DNA of 64,000 nucleotides from NCBI GenBank assembly GCA_001600815.1, contig BCKZ01000017.1, positions 535,970 to 599,969 on the forward strand, in the 5' to 3' direction. Positions 46,897 through 60,656 of the stretch are shown here, in pieces; positions within the stretch are counted from its first letter, which is position 1, and the number at the start of each line of letters is the position of its first letter. Below the pieces are notes generated by a model. The model was given only the letters and a program-made list of their open reading frames with translations, did not search any database and was not told the origin of the DNA. Made by a program: the position numbers and the translations under genes. This DNA comes from Alloascoidea hylecoeti. Lineage: Eukaryota.

Positions 46897-48642
46897 TTAA
46901 CACCAGAAATGGTATGTTCTGATATACCATGGTTTTGATTTCAATAAAGCTTTTTCTTCAGCAATTTCTTGTTTTAAAAGTTCAAGATCAAATTCTCTTC
47001 TACCTGTATCAAGATCAACATCTGCTAATTTAACATATAATTGTTTTTCTCTTTTCCAGATTTTGAAAAAGATCCAGAATGCTAGAACAACTGGAGCAGC
47101 AAGATATGATTGGAAAAATGTAGATGGATCTGGTGATTCCCCAATTGGATATAAAGCTACCCAAAATTGTGCAATAAGAATAAGAACATTTAAAATGAAA
47201 CCAAACCATGAGCCAATAACACCAGGTTGTGCTGTGAATGCTAACTCATCGGTACCACGACCATGTGCTTTTAGGGCAGATCTAAAACGAATGTGACAGA
47301 GACATACAGAACCCCATGTAAAGACAGAAGATAAACCAGATAAAGCCAATAACCAATTGAATACATCAGACTGTTTATCGGAAGCAGAAACAAAACAAAG
47401 CAAACCAACAAACATTGTTAAGCCAACAGCGGCTAATGGTCTACCTTTTCTATCAATATAACTGAAAATAGAAGGAGCTTGCCCTTGTGTAGCAAGGGCA
47501 ACTAAAGTACGAGAACAACCAAAGACAGCAGAATTAGCAACGGAAATAACTGCGATCATTATAACAACATTCATAACAGATGGAAGACCACTGATACCTG
47601 CATTTCTGATAGCAATAACGAATGGTGAAGCTGAAGCATCATAAGAAGATGTACCACTTAGTAATTTTTCATCATCATAAGGAACTAATAAACCAATAAG
47701 AGTCAATGAAATAATATAGAATAAGGTAATCCTCCAGAAAACTTGTTTTGTAGCCTTCGGTAAGGATTTTCTTGGGTTTTCAGTTTCAGCAGAAGCTAAA
47801 CCAACAAGTTCTGTACCAGCGAAAGAAAAGGCAGCGGTTACAAATACGGAACAAACACCTTTAAATCCAGCGGCAAATGCACCTGGATGATGCCAGTATT
47901 TACCACCCATATAACCACCATTTGGACCGCCACCACAGATTAAGATAACACCTAAAAAGATAAATGCAACAATTGCAATAACTTTAATAGTTGAGAAGAT
48001 AAATTCTGCTTCACCATAACCCTTAACACCGAAAACATTAATAAATAAGATTAAGACGTAGAATATTGCAACAAAAGCTACAGGATTAATTGTAGTTGTC
48101 CAAAATTGAATTGTCATTGAAGCTGCAACTAATTCTAAGGGTAAAACCACCAACCATTGTAAAGCATAATTCCAACCCATTGCAAAACCCCAAGAAGGAG
48201 AAATAAATCGTGTTGAATAAACAGAGAAAGAACCAGCCATGGGGAAGGCAACAGCTAATTCACCCAATGCATGTACAGTTGAATAAATCATAATACCAAT
48301 TAAAAACCAAGCAATAAGTAAAGCAGCTGGACCACCAGTTGATAAAGCTTTGCCTGAACCAATGAATAAACCTGTACCAATAGCACCACCAATAGCGATC
48401 ATTTGAATGTGTCTATTTTTCAATTTTCTTGCTAATGGAGAGTTAGCAGTTGCAGCAAGAGCCTTTTCAGCATCAGTAAGATTTGGGTCTAACTCAGCCA
48501 TCTCAAAACGTTTGAAGGAGTCTTTAAAAGACTGCCATTGAGATATACTCTTTGCTTCTGTGTAGATCTCATCGACCTGTGTATCAGCAATGTTTGTGGC
48601 TGGGGCCTTTTTCTCCTCAGTGTCAGTTGAGTTTCTTGACAT
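46897..48642 (-). CDS. GAP1: Yeast amino acid transporter (YAT) family permease, Gap1-like
   Basis: LKNRHIQMIAIGGAIGTGLF, GVKGYGEAEF, AAFSFAGTEL and C-terminal FWC; the exact paralogue is uncertain. Confidence 0.75.
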   Translation of the reverse strand: MSRNSTDTEEKKAPATNIADTQVDEIYTEAKSISQWQSFKDSFKRFEMAELDPNLTDAEKALAATANSPLARKLKNRHIQMIAIGGAIGTGLFIGSGKALSTGGPAALLIAWFLIGIMIYSTVHALGELAVAFPMAGSFSVYSTRFISPSWGFAMGWNYALQWLVVLPLELVAASMTIQFWTTTINPVAFVAIFYVLILFINVFGVKGYGEAEFIFSTIKVIAIVAFIFLGVILICGGGPNGGYMGGKYWHHPGAFAAGFKGVCSVFVTAAFSFAGTELVGLASAETENPRKSLPKATKQVFWRITLFYIISLTLIGLLVPYDDEKLLSGTSSYDASASPFVIAIRNAGISGLPSVMNVVIMIAVISVANSAVFGCSRTLVALATQGQAPSIFSYIDRKGRPLAAVGLTMFVGLLCFVSASDKQSDVFNWLLALSGLSSVFTWGSVCLCHIRFRSALKAHGRGTDELAFTAQPGVIGSWFGFILNVLILIAQFWVALYPIGESPDPSTFFQSYLAAPVVLAFWIFFKIWKREKQLYVKLADVDLDTGRREFDLELLKQEIAEEKALLKSKPWYIRTYHFWC

Positions 48643-48862
48643 TTTGATACTGCACTAATTATTGAAGTTAAAATTGACAAAACTTGACGAAACTCTCAAT
48701 TAGCAAAATAACAAAAAGGGTTAAAGTGTCCTTTATATATGAAAGCGGGAAAGTAATAATTGCCAAGCTCGGAAAGATTTCTTGGTCAAAACTAAGCATA
48801 ATTAAATTAAATTTAAACTACATTGGCATATTTTACATTGGATATTAAGCAACTGTAAATGC

Positions 48863-48914
48863 CTTATCTTGTATAAAGTGGGTTATAAATTAATAATGTT
48901 TCATACAAGATAAG
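48863..48914. promoter_or_regulatory. Pair of GATAAG (nitrogen-regulation GATA) sites upstream of the permease
   Basis: CTTATC 48863-48868 and GATAAG 48909-48914; TATA-like ATATATAAAG on - strand at 48731-48740. Confidence 0.4.
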
Positions 48915-50847
48915 TAACATATTATAATAATTTAGGAACGGCAAATAATATTTCTCTAATATTAATCCTTTAAATGTAAATTTTTTGCAGAAGGAACCAA
49001 TCATAATTATGATGCAGTCAGCATTAATACAATAGATAATGCATTCATACATATATTTATGCCAACCAGAACTCCCGATCTACTGCAACAATTTTAAATG
49101 AATTTTGCATTTCTACTTATGGCTTGAATTTATTAATCTTTCATTGTTGCTTATTGGATAAAAGTTCAAAAAGTATTATCATGCTTATATTTTCGTAGAT
49201 AAAAATTAATGTACCAGCAGCTATGTGCCTAAAATTGGCCACCTTCCATGTCGATATCGATTATACATACTTCGATAATTATGTATGATTTTGAACATAA
49301 CCGATTAAAAATATGGATGTCTATGGCCTATAGCCTTATATAAGTTCAAGTTATATTCATAACATATAGCCAGGTGTAAGCTTAGTTTAATTATATAAAC
49401 ATCTATATACAATTTTAGATTTGATTTTATTAAAGCATATATACCGTTTTTTTCCTACAATTGGTAGTATTAATTATTATTACGTACTCGTATAGCTCAT
49501 TATATGATCATCTAGAAAGAACCAATAGTAATTAGGTATTAATGAGCCTTACATATGGTTGCCACTACGTTTCATTCGAATTCAGATATTGATATCTGAG
49601 GTTAAGTTAACCACAATTTAAAGATTAGTAAACATGATCATGGAATCGAAATATATCGCTAATGTTATAGGCTTCATGATGAATATCACATAAATATCCA
49701 CAACTAATTAGTTCAGAGCGTCAGACCATATTTGTATGATTTTAGGTTCTACATAGATAGCCGTCAATAGTTCTGTATAAGTGCGTGCAACACCTTTTCA
49801 ATCTATACATTATTATTGGAATGTTCTAAATGTTCGGCTAAAGCTTCTATATGTAAGTGTCGCATCAGATTCGGTAGCTAGGGTCCAACGGTGTTTCACT
49901 CGAAAACGCATAACGACCTTGAGCAATGCTGTTTATCCACCTCTTGGTATACTTTATTTGAAAATATCTCAAGGAATCAATCATTTTTGACATTTTGAAA
50001 TATAAAATGATTATGGATTCAAGCTGACATCCAAGTTCCTCTAATTAAGTACAACGAAAAGGATATTCAGATCTAGATATTTCAATGTTATGTCGTGTGA
50101 GATTAAAGATAATGACGCAAGTATTATTGAGACGCAATTAATTTTTGTGTATTCCCATATAAGTAACCGGCGGGTAAATCAAATCTAAATCATTTGGTTA
50201 TTGCAACGCATTAAATCAGACTTTAAGATATAGTTAGAATAGATGAAGTAGACATCGAACTGTATTGGATGCTCTACCAGTTCGGCGGGGGATTTGAATG
50301 CAGAGAATTATAATTATTTGTTTCGCCGATTTATTTTTCAATCTTGCTTAAAACAAGCTTAATCTTCAATCATATTTGATACACTAACTACAATCTTTTA
50401 ACTCCAAAATTGCCTTAGAAGCCAGATCGGGAATCATTCACTGAATTTCCAACTTCAGCAATTCAACTGACTAAAGATTTTGAGAAGGCCAATTTCGGTG
50501 GAATACAATCCGATGTCACGGTTTACTCAGTTCAACAACTTAAGCTATTTACTCCAGACATAGATACAAAGTTACAACCCCAAGATTCCACTCAATCATA
50601 GGCCCATTCACACACACTACATACGAAAAGATGTATCATCCATCGTATCATATTTCACCCTTGATATTACAATACAATTGAAATTAGAATATTTGCTCAT
50701 TCCCTATAATTATGAGTTTATGGTGTGTATTGAAAATTATTAGTCTAAAGTAATATTGTTCTTTTACTTTATTTTATCTGATCAATATGTTTCCTAAAGA
50801 TCTGTATGCTATGTTTTATCACACTCTATGCCATGTTTTATAAACGC

Positions 50848-50950
50848 CCTTTTTTCTTTTTGGGACACCACTCCAGAGAAATCCCCAAGAACCCTTCTCA
50901 TATGGGCTGGAATTTGGAAAGGTGGTTGTAATTTACTGTTTAGAATGATT
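50848..50950 (+). mobile_element. Possible Tc1-like transposase relic
   Basis: LLIWAGIWKGGCNLLFRM resembles the VMVWAAIWxGGRSxL motif of fungal Tc1-like transposases; very short. Confidence 0.3.
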
Positions 50951-51869
50951 GTAGAATCGTAATTCTAATACTTCATGCCTCGTAGCGTGGAACTCGTTCA
51001 TGGTGTTAAGGGTGCGCGCTAACACGAAATACTTCACCCAAAATGTCACTTTATAAAAGTGGAGATCCCAGAGAACGCATAACTTTAGGGTTGACCCGGC
51101 TGTATTTCAATCAGCTGCTCTCAGTGGTTTTATGGGGTCAATTTTCTCAATTGCTATAGAATAGAATACCATAATGGGGGGTAAACATCTTGTAGAATGG
51201 GCTATATTTCCTTTACTTATATGTCAGGAAACTTAGGATAGTCTTAGATAATTTGGCTCTCAATGTTAATAAACTCAACTTATAAGTTTTCTCAACACTA
51301 GCTCTAATCATTAAGGTAACCTTGAGACACTTTTAAATCCAAGCTTGAATTATAAGCTCAATCTATTAAAATATTAATTGCAATCGGAAAGTGTACAAAG
51401 TACAATAATTATTTTAAAGACTATTCTGGTTATACTCTCAAATTCATATATAGTAAAGGCTTTTAGATCTACAACAAGCATATGCCCGCTATAATTTAGA
51501 GTTTAATATAATAACTGTATATGCCCTGAACTAATAGAAGTAATTGAGAATGTCTATAATGTTATAAAACATATTCTTCCATTATAATTAATATTATGAT
51601 TAAAACGTCATATAATTACTAACTACATATAGTATTTATTCAAATCATATTAATTATAATCTATAATATACACTCTATTGCAATTGTTGTTTTATTAGTA
51701 TTGAGTTAATATTAATGTTCCACAGCGCCGGAACAACCCTTTTCCCAGAAAATCGTCTCGAAATATTCTCTGCAAAACTCAATTTTACCCCAAATTGGTC
51801 AATATCAAAAGCAAAAATGGCCCAGAAACCGAGAAAAGCTCAAAAATTAGAGGACACAACTCTAGACGC

Positions 51870-52160
51870 TCTTACAAAGATTGTTGCGCTATTCGTCAGC
51901 ATCTGTCTGATTTTCTTAAACGGGAATTAGGTTTAGATCTGTCGATAGAAAAGACAGCTATTATACCTGCGAAGGAAAAATACGCGAATTTTCTGGGTTT
52001 CAAAATAAGGATAACTCCTTACGAGAAACGATGCAAGATATCATGGAGTGAACACAACTACACTGAGAGCCCGCATAAGTAGAGTTGTTTCCTAAGATAT
52101 CAGCAATCAATTGAAGCAAAAGCTTACTGTTCTGGAGGAGACCAAAATCACACCGAATAT
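51870..52160 (+). pseudogene. Fragment of a mitochondrial-type group II intron RT/maturase (RT6-7 plus start of domain X); likely NUMT
   Basis: SYKDCCAIRQHLSDFLKRELGLDLSIEKTAIIPAKEKYANFLGFKIRITP, then frameshifted VNTTTLRARISRVVS*DISNQLKQK/AYCSGG. No YADD motif is visible upstream. Confidence 0.7.
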
Positions 52161-55100
52161 TCAAGAAATATCAAATTTTGGATGTGCTTCAGATAAAACA
52201 CATTATTTTGTATGATTGATTATTATATATATTGAGATGTTTTTTAAGAAGGATAGAAAATTGTAGAAGTTTAAAACAATTGGGTGATTGGCATCATACG
52301 ACTAACTTATGGCTCAATGGCTTTTAAAATCGATATCCCAATGAGAAATATAAGCGCGTAACGTCACTGGATACCTTCAGATTCTTTGCCTCGGATGATT
52401 ATAATGTGTAATACTGGTTATCGAAGAGTTTCATAAACAGAATATGAAATATTTGGCCGATTTTGTGTAAGAAAGAAACACGATTGAGTCCAATCAGTGA
52501 TACTATAGCTATATAGATGTTCCAGAGTCACAAAAAGCCCTCAATCCACTGAAACGTTTGAAGGGGAAATCTTCTATAATGTATGAAGGTAGGGGGATTA
52601 CTAAGTTTATACCCAGTCTCAACATTATGAATGATGTGAAGAAAATGGCATCTTCATGACGCATTCCAGCTCCCAAACGACACGAAATGCTTGTAAAATC
52701 TTTAAAAAAATATCACGATGGTTCTGTGACTTTCCTAATATGAACGCCTTTTATATATTTAACCAATAACTAAAATTTTTAAAATTTTAAAAATGTTTTA
52801 GTTTAAGGCTTCTAGTGGTTGTTACAAGAGAACTAAAGTGCTCACATGTTAGCTACAGGTATATACCCATCAATTTAATGACATCGCAAATGTTGTAATA
52901 ATCCAACCCAAAATATTCGCTAATAACTATGAGAGGTGACACAATGAATCTAGAAGCGCAAAAAGTGTTCGCTACACCAAATTGTGAATAAGATTTTTAA
53001 TGATAAGCTAGATGAGTCAATTAATTCATTTGCTTATGCTGAAATGGGTGATAAAGCACTGCTCAAATTGTAGTGGTAAATGTTTGATTCTATATTCTGT
53101 TGCGCTTTGGCACGACAACTTACATTCATTCAGCGGTTCTTATGGATATCGCACGCGGCTTAATTGTTGAGTAAAGCCTATTAATATTGTTTATTATTAA
53201 ATGAATCAAGTTTAAGTTAAAACATTCAACATTCCTACAATTACCACTAGTTTGTGATTTTATATGCATATATGAATGATTCACAAAATACACAACAACG
53301 GGCAAAGGGACTGTAGTATAATCTGTAGATACAGTATTTATGTTAGATAAATTTTGGATTAGACTATTAATATTATAATATTTATCAACATGAGAATTGA
53401 TTATGACATGATCATTCCACGTTCATGAAATATGGAACATGATCTGCAGTCGCAATATTAGTTTCTATTTAGTATGTAAGGTAGAAGATCCAAACGCGAC
53501 AAATGTGATTAAAAGATTTAACTTTCTTAATAATTAAAAAAGTTAGTATAATTACTATAGTGGAACTTCAGTTTTTCATATGATGTTTGCGGATATCATG
53601 CGATTATATATCATGCGTATATGCTGCGTATATTGATGTTCGGAGAATCGTGATAGTTTTATTTAAATTTTACACAACCAGTATTGATTGATATTACATG
53701 TATAACTTCTCGTAAGGTAAAATTATAATAATATTATTGAGCTTGTAAAAGTAAAATTAATAAACTAGAAAAACTGTGAAAACTAAGGAAAAGACATTTT
53801 ACAAGTTAACAGAAAAGATTGAAGATTGATCCAATCGAATTACATCTCAGACCCAACAAGTACTAGTCCCTTACTATAACGGTTTATTTCAGAAGTCTCA
53901 CAGTTCAGGCCAAATGAACGTTTAGCGCCACCGCACGCACCGCATTCGCCATAGTTAAGAAGCGTTTTCATATAATGATGTGCATCTGCATAAAGCTAAT
54001 AGATGTTACCTTATCCACATGCTTGCATGCACATGCACACTGAAATATTTCTTTATACCGTAATCAGTATACAGTTGCATGCATTTCAGGGAGACCCAAA
54101 ATTGTTTATTTTCAGTGACGCGGAGTAGGAACAAGATCTCACAAGTCTGGGAAGTTGGAACAGTGACACAGCCGAACCTCGTTACTTAATTAATTATATA
54201 ATATACGATTTTATAGGATTATAATATACCTTAATCCACTAGAGTAATTTAATTACATACAGCGAATAATTACATGGTTCGTAAACCACAATAAGCTTAT
54301 ATATTATATAATCACTATTAAGTATATGAAATATTTTGATCTGGGTAATTCATTATAATATAATTACGACAACAAGCAATCCTAAATAATACTAAGACAA
54401 TAATATAAAGATCAAATCGATACTGCGAGCTTAAACTAGGTCTCTTATAAACATAATCATAAAATTCAAAGCTGCCAATGACAACACCACAATTAGGGGA
54501 CAATTAATTAAAGCCATAGTAATTAGCAATTACAAAGATTTCATAGCCTTCAAGAGGTCTACATTTGCCCGTCACATTTATAAGAATAACGATCGCGAAT
54601 AAGCTCAATAACCAATACTAAATTATTGGAAATAATAAAAAATAGGCACTACAAAATAAACCAGATAAACAGTGTATTAACCACGAATATGAATATCATT
54701 ACTTTATAATTCGGGTGCAATAAATCTTAAATTATAATACCATTTTAAAAGGTTTACTATTTTCCACCAAAAACCAGATGTTAACGTTTATTATATATAA
54801 AACTGTCTTTTTCCCCATAATTTTCCACTCATGATTATACGGGCTAAAGGAAGTAGTTGTTATTATAGTACATGCCATTCAGCTCAACTTTAGTGTAGCC
54901 TATATCCATGAATTGCTGAATATTATCAACAGCAAAGTTTGAATACGGCGGTGAAAGCATAGCTGCAGAACAAGTGAAGTTCTAGACTATACATCTAAAT
55001 ATTACTGCAGAGATGTGAAACATGCATGAACTTACTACATTTTCAGTGTCAAGCTTCCAAACAAACTATCCATAGAATATATACTCCACACATAGTTGTG

Positions 55101-55790
55101 ATAAGTTATTAAATATCTAAATGTTTTATATCTAAGTTAAGGAATATGATTGAAACCTTTTTAAACAACTTCGAATTCAAACTCAATTGCAAATATTTTA
55201 TCATTGCAATAATAGTTTAAAGTTAACCTATTCAGTTGTTAATCTTATGACCTAATGTATAACCGGTAAAGGAAACAAATTAAACAAAGCAAGAGAGTCA
55301 AAATAATTATAATGTTTTATTTAAATATGGTCTTAGAAGGATTTAAAATACGAGTTGGGCATATGACAGATAAAAATTTTAGAACATATTATTTGGTTTC
55401 TTATATAATTAATGCATCTCGACCCTCACAGTAATCAACGACGTGTAAGAAATAAAGGAGAAACAGACAGGGTTAAGATTCTATCATATAGGATTTCCTT
55501 TATAAACGACTTATAATTATCATTCAATTAATTGTTGCTAGGAAGCGTAAACAAATGAACAAAAATATTCCATCCACTGACCGGCCTTTATTTACATTAA
55601 TATTAATATTGTTTATGTTTATCAAACTTTTCCTCTTTTTTAAATTTGTTCACCCTGAAATAAATTCATCTTCTTGATGTTTTGAAAAATTTTAAAGAGT
55701 ACTAAAACAAGAATTAGACGTCTGGATTTCTTAAGGTTCTATCCGTATTGTGATTCAGCTCTATCATCATACTTTAGCTTCTTTTACGTA

Positions 55791-57308
55791 ATGAATGTGG
55801 CAACGCCTAATAATGGCCATGGAGATAATACAGAACCTCCCGATATTGGATCAGCATTTCACATGGACTCAATTGCGGTTACTTCCCAGTCGCAAACGCA
55901 GATATCTTCAGATAAACAGTTAGACCAGTCAAGCTTACCTCTATCGCGATCTATACATCAAACAAGAAGTCAAACACACCAGATATTGTCATCTCAACAT
56001 ACTCCTCAATCAAATTCACCATCCCAAGCCCAACTCTCTATCACCCAGCCTCAGTCACCAACTAATTTTGGGTCAGATGTCATACTTCCTCAGTCACGAA
56101 GAGAGTCACATTCATCTTCTTCTTCCTCAAGAAAAGTTCTTTGGACCGACGAAAAAGACGCGCTTCTAGTCGAGTCATTAGTTCAAGAGATCACAAAGGG
56201 AAATAGACCAAACAATATTTATAAGAAACAAGCTTGGGTGAATATAACACAAGCAGCAAATAAAACTGGTAGACATGCTACAGATAAGCAAGTTAAGAAC
56301 AGATTTTCGGAAGTATGCATGATTTTAAGTTTTGATAATGCAACATTATAATTATTGTTGTTATAATATATGAATACATGGCGTACTAACATTTCAAACT
56401 AGTTAAAAAAACAATTCATGGCTTGGTTAAAGCTTGTAAAAAATCCTAATTTTCATTGGGACGATCAAGCGTGTCGGTTTAATGCTCCTTCTTCAACTTG
56501 GGAAGCCTATATTCCTGTAAGTATCAACAGTGCATAAGAGCGAGTGACTAAGTTAAGAGAGGACAGCTTTCAATTAACATAATATTTATAGAAAAACCCG
56601 GATGCTTCAAGGTTTAAATCAGGAACACACCCCTTAGTACCTCGACTAATTCCGGTCTTTGAGATTTATTTGGATTCTCCTCCTCCTCAGTTAGCAAGCA
56701 CACATAGGCCGAGTGATATTCCTGTTTCAGTAGTCGGTAACGTTAGCGATTTTAGTTTCGAGAAAATTATGGAGGATGAGTTTTCCATGGGATCTGGTAT
56801 CACGAACCCCGGCCGACATATCATTCCACAGCAGGTTTCACAGGTTAGCAAACGACCTCGCATTTCAGGTAGTGATTCAAGGCTGATTAGGACGAATACA
56901 AACACAAATGCAAATGCTATAACGTATGGATCTGAAGTATATGCAGAACCCCAAGCTCCCGTCAGATTGAACGCTGCAACAACTAGCACAACAACTCAAG
57001 CAGAAGGCTATGTTCGAAGATCTCAACCCCAATTACAAGGAGTATCTAATACACAACAACAACTTACTACCTCTCTCACAAGTAGTAGTAATTCTGACGA
57101 ACTTCTGATCGATTTCATTAGAACATTAGAACGATTGTATAATAAAGGACTGATTGATTGGGATATGCTTTACAATTTCTGCCTAATACGAACCGATATT
57201 AAGTACACATTATCAATTATAGCGAAAGGATTACGAGATGATTTGTTATCCAGATTCCTCAAAACATGGTATGCTAAGCACAGCACAGGGCCTCCAAGCA
57301 ATAGTTAA
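55791..57308 (+). CDS. Myb/SANT-like DNA-binding protein of PIF/Harbinger type (Myb_DNA-bind_3-like); exons 55791-56312, 56403-56516, 56592-57308; 450 aa
   Basis: Two introns (90 nt GTATGC..TACTAAC..TAG; 75 nt GTAAGT..TAG) join WTDEKDALLVESL...KKQAWVNI...KQVKNRFSE-LKKQFMAWLKLVKNPNFHWDD...WEAYIP-KNPDASRFK in one frame. Confidence 0.8.
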
Positions 57309-59213
57309 TGACAATAACATCAATATTGGTCGATGGTTAATTTTGGATTTACAATTGGTCCTTCAAGCTTTCAACAGATTTTAATCATTCTATTTTTGTA
57401 TCCTATTCTTGTAACTACTGATTTTTTATAATATAAGCAAGCAATTGAAACCAACATTTTCTTTATTGGACCACTTTTCCTTCTATGGCAAGGAGCATAT
57501 ATTGCGATCACAATTGAGACGCGAATTCGAAGAGTTTTGAATTAATAATCATAGGTGTGCATCCTCATATAGGCCTATAACATTCATCTTTTTTTTGTTG
57601 AAATATTTATATATTAAAATTGTTGTAATATCTTGACTGCTACCATTGTATACTATTGCAAACACATTACCATTATTATTAGCAACTGCTTGGGACTCCG
57701 GAGTGACTATTTTCAAAATATACGTATACGTATTAAGTAAGTAGCATTGATATTTGTTTGTCTAAATCGATTCCCAGAAGATCAACATTAAGGTTAACAA
57801 TAGAAAATTTTCAGATGTAGATTTACTAGAATCGCCATTTTAAGGCTATGCGACCAATTGCAGATCAGTTATATATTGTTACTTAATTATCCGGTCTGTA
57901 TTATTATTGTGGGTCTTTAGTCTAATACAATTGGTGATTATAAATCATAATGAAGTTGCACAACATTTGCAATACGCAGTTACATTTCTAAGCTCGAAAC
58001 TGCCACAAAGTCGATCAATGAGTCATCATTAAAAATTTTCAAAGATCACAATTTCTCAAATCTAACTGCAGCTGTATGTATATTGAAAATTTAACAGTGA
58101 TTTCGGACTACAACAATAAAAAGAAAAATTTTCAATTATGTCCAAAAGTGATTCATGCAATGTAAAATTATTCAGATAAGATTTAATGCTTATAATTATA
58201 ATTTAGTATCTAAATGTACGTACTACGTATGATGCATATATACCGGATCCTATTGTTTAAGTAGTTGGAACTTGGGGGTATTATTTTAAAACTTGTCTAT
58301 GTAATTATAATTAGCTAACTTATATACGGATAATTAATAATTACATGTAGAATCTGTTACATCTGTATTTATAGTGAATAGTTAATCGGTGATCATCGGC
58401 TCGAGTATAAACGATAATACTCTATGGATAATAGTTGAATATTGATATAGAATTTCAAAATTGCAGCCGATTATAATAATTATAAATACCAATACATTAC
58501 TTAAATTTTTTGTCGTAAACGTATAGTATACAAAATCATTTGAATTTTTAATTAGTAAATAGATCTGGTTTATAAATTATAATGCTGATGTTGGATCACA
58601 TTTTACGAGAACTTTTTAAATTTACGATGTGAATCCTTGTCAATTACCACTAAACACTTTAAATTCAAGATTAATATATTACAGCGGCGATACCGGCTTA
58701 TATATTTTAAAGTTGCATCGCTAGTAGGTCTGTATTTCAACTTTCAGGCATACTGCAATTTCGGGAGCGATTGATATTTTTGATAAATATACCGAATATT
58801 TTAAAAATTAACTACGGATAAATATACACTAGTAAACTAAAATATTTTAACAAAATATCTTTTATTGATGTTTAATTGTTTATAAAACTTAATTAATAAT
58901 GGGAGTGCTTTGTAATTATAAGATAAATTGTTAATTTCTCAGTGCTTAACCTGCATTTGGTAATCATATTGAATTTTATTTAACCAATATTCATAAAAAT
59001 AATTAGTTACCTAACAGATGAGACACGACAGACGTTATTATATATTTGCAATATCAGTATAATATTAGCTATCCCTTTAGATTATACAGCCATGTATAGG
59101 TTTAGGGAAGATATATGATAACAAATATTAATATTCAGTTGGAATAATAACTGTAAGTACTTTTTCAAAACTTATGTTAAGCGCACAGATTCATTTAATT
59201 TCAGCCATGTAAT

Positions 59214-59450
59214 ACACTAATGTTCAGTCATTCCGATTATTTATTATCAAACATCGTATACACTAAATATTCGCCCAAACGCTGCACTATTGTTGGACCA
59301 CGTGAGGCACTAATAAATCGGCTGACATTAATTCTAGGCCGTGTTGACGAATAAATGTCGGCCATTTGATTCACTAAAAAACTGCTCAAATGATACACTA
59401 ATGTTCGGCCATTCCTAATACAAGTTTTCGGGACCTTAATTATTGGCCTC
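59214..59450. repeat. Degenerate array of CACTAA..CGGCC-like motifs
   Basis: tacactaatgttcagtcattcc (about 59214) and tacactaatgttcggccattcc (about 59393), with weaker copies between. Confidence 0.55.
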
Positions 59451-60656
59451 ATGTGTGATTTTGTTTACTGGTATATCTCCTTCGTAAAGTCAGCTAATAT
59501 TTCTCTTATTTTATATTTAGCTTGGAGTTATATTGAAGATGATATATACATTATGTCTCCTTGAATCTTATACATTATTCATCAATCTGGCAGATACTTA
59601 TCGATATAAGTTAAAGGTCACCCTAATTAAATATGAAATGACTGCATAATTACACTTATGCTTAAGGCATCCAATTTTACTCGACATAATTGTTAGGATA
59701 TAGCGGTTGAGATATGGGACAATGGAGGATATGAACACTCTAGAGGAAAGAGAAACTATGGACACTAAGATAAACTAATTTATAAAAAAGAACCTTATAA
59801 CCGAGAACAATAATTTATATATTTCAATTGCAATTGCTGTTAAAGTTCAAAGTGCCTGTTCTCCCAATTGCGCCAAAAAGCCAATCGACTCTTTAGTGAA
59901 CTGTTCTAAGAGTGTAATATATATCCAACAATTGCAATTGTAAATCTTCAATATATATACAGCTCAATATTTTAAGTTCTAAGTAAATGTACCTGGATCA
60001 GGATCCTTCTTTCTTAAAGAGGTTCCGGAACAATTAATAACATAAGTTGGTGATCATGATTAACATTCATTAGTTATATGGATTCATGTTCATTTCATAA
60101 TTGTAACACTATAAATCGTTATAAAACTATTAATATAATACACAATAGAGTTTATGTTTAAATTCTCGATATAGTATTCATTTTCAGTAAATATAGATCT
60201 ATATTATGGAAGAATATAAATCTAAAAGCTTCTATTTCATTATACATCACGCTATAGTTAATAATCCCATATATATCCATTTTAATTACCTACAAAGAGC
60301 AAATTAAAACAATGGTCATGATCATGGAGTGGCATAAATCATGAGCAGCTAATATTAATATTAAAATGAACAAATATAGAATGCAAATCCATTTGTAATA
60401 ACTATGCATAGTAGTATAGCTATGACTTCAAATATAGGAAAAATAACGACAGATTTACTATGAATAATCCAGCCCTCACATAATAGATGTAACAGACTGA
60501 TCTTGATGTACTCAGCTCTTTTCCAAACTTCAATTGCAATGAATATAGACATATATCTAGATCTATAAATATCATAGCTGGTGTTATTATGCCAGTCATC
60601 CAATTATCCATGCTAATGTTCTATCTAATAACACACAATGCGGAATATTTTTTTTA

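Noticed and set aside
50382..50601. CACTAAC...TAG followed by a 60-codon open frame, a possible terminal exon
   Set aside because: No matching donor or upstream exon found, the branch-to-acceptor distance is longer than in the other introns, and the peptide is not recognised.
54935..55010. FEYGGESIAAEQVKF* resembling the end of a LINE RT domain
   Set aside because: Too short and interrupted to support a call.
60361..60611. Small minus-strand ORFs divergent from GAL1, checked as GAL10 remnants
   Set aside because: No epimerase (GGAGYIG) or mutarotase motifs.
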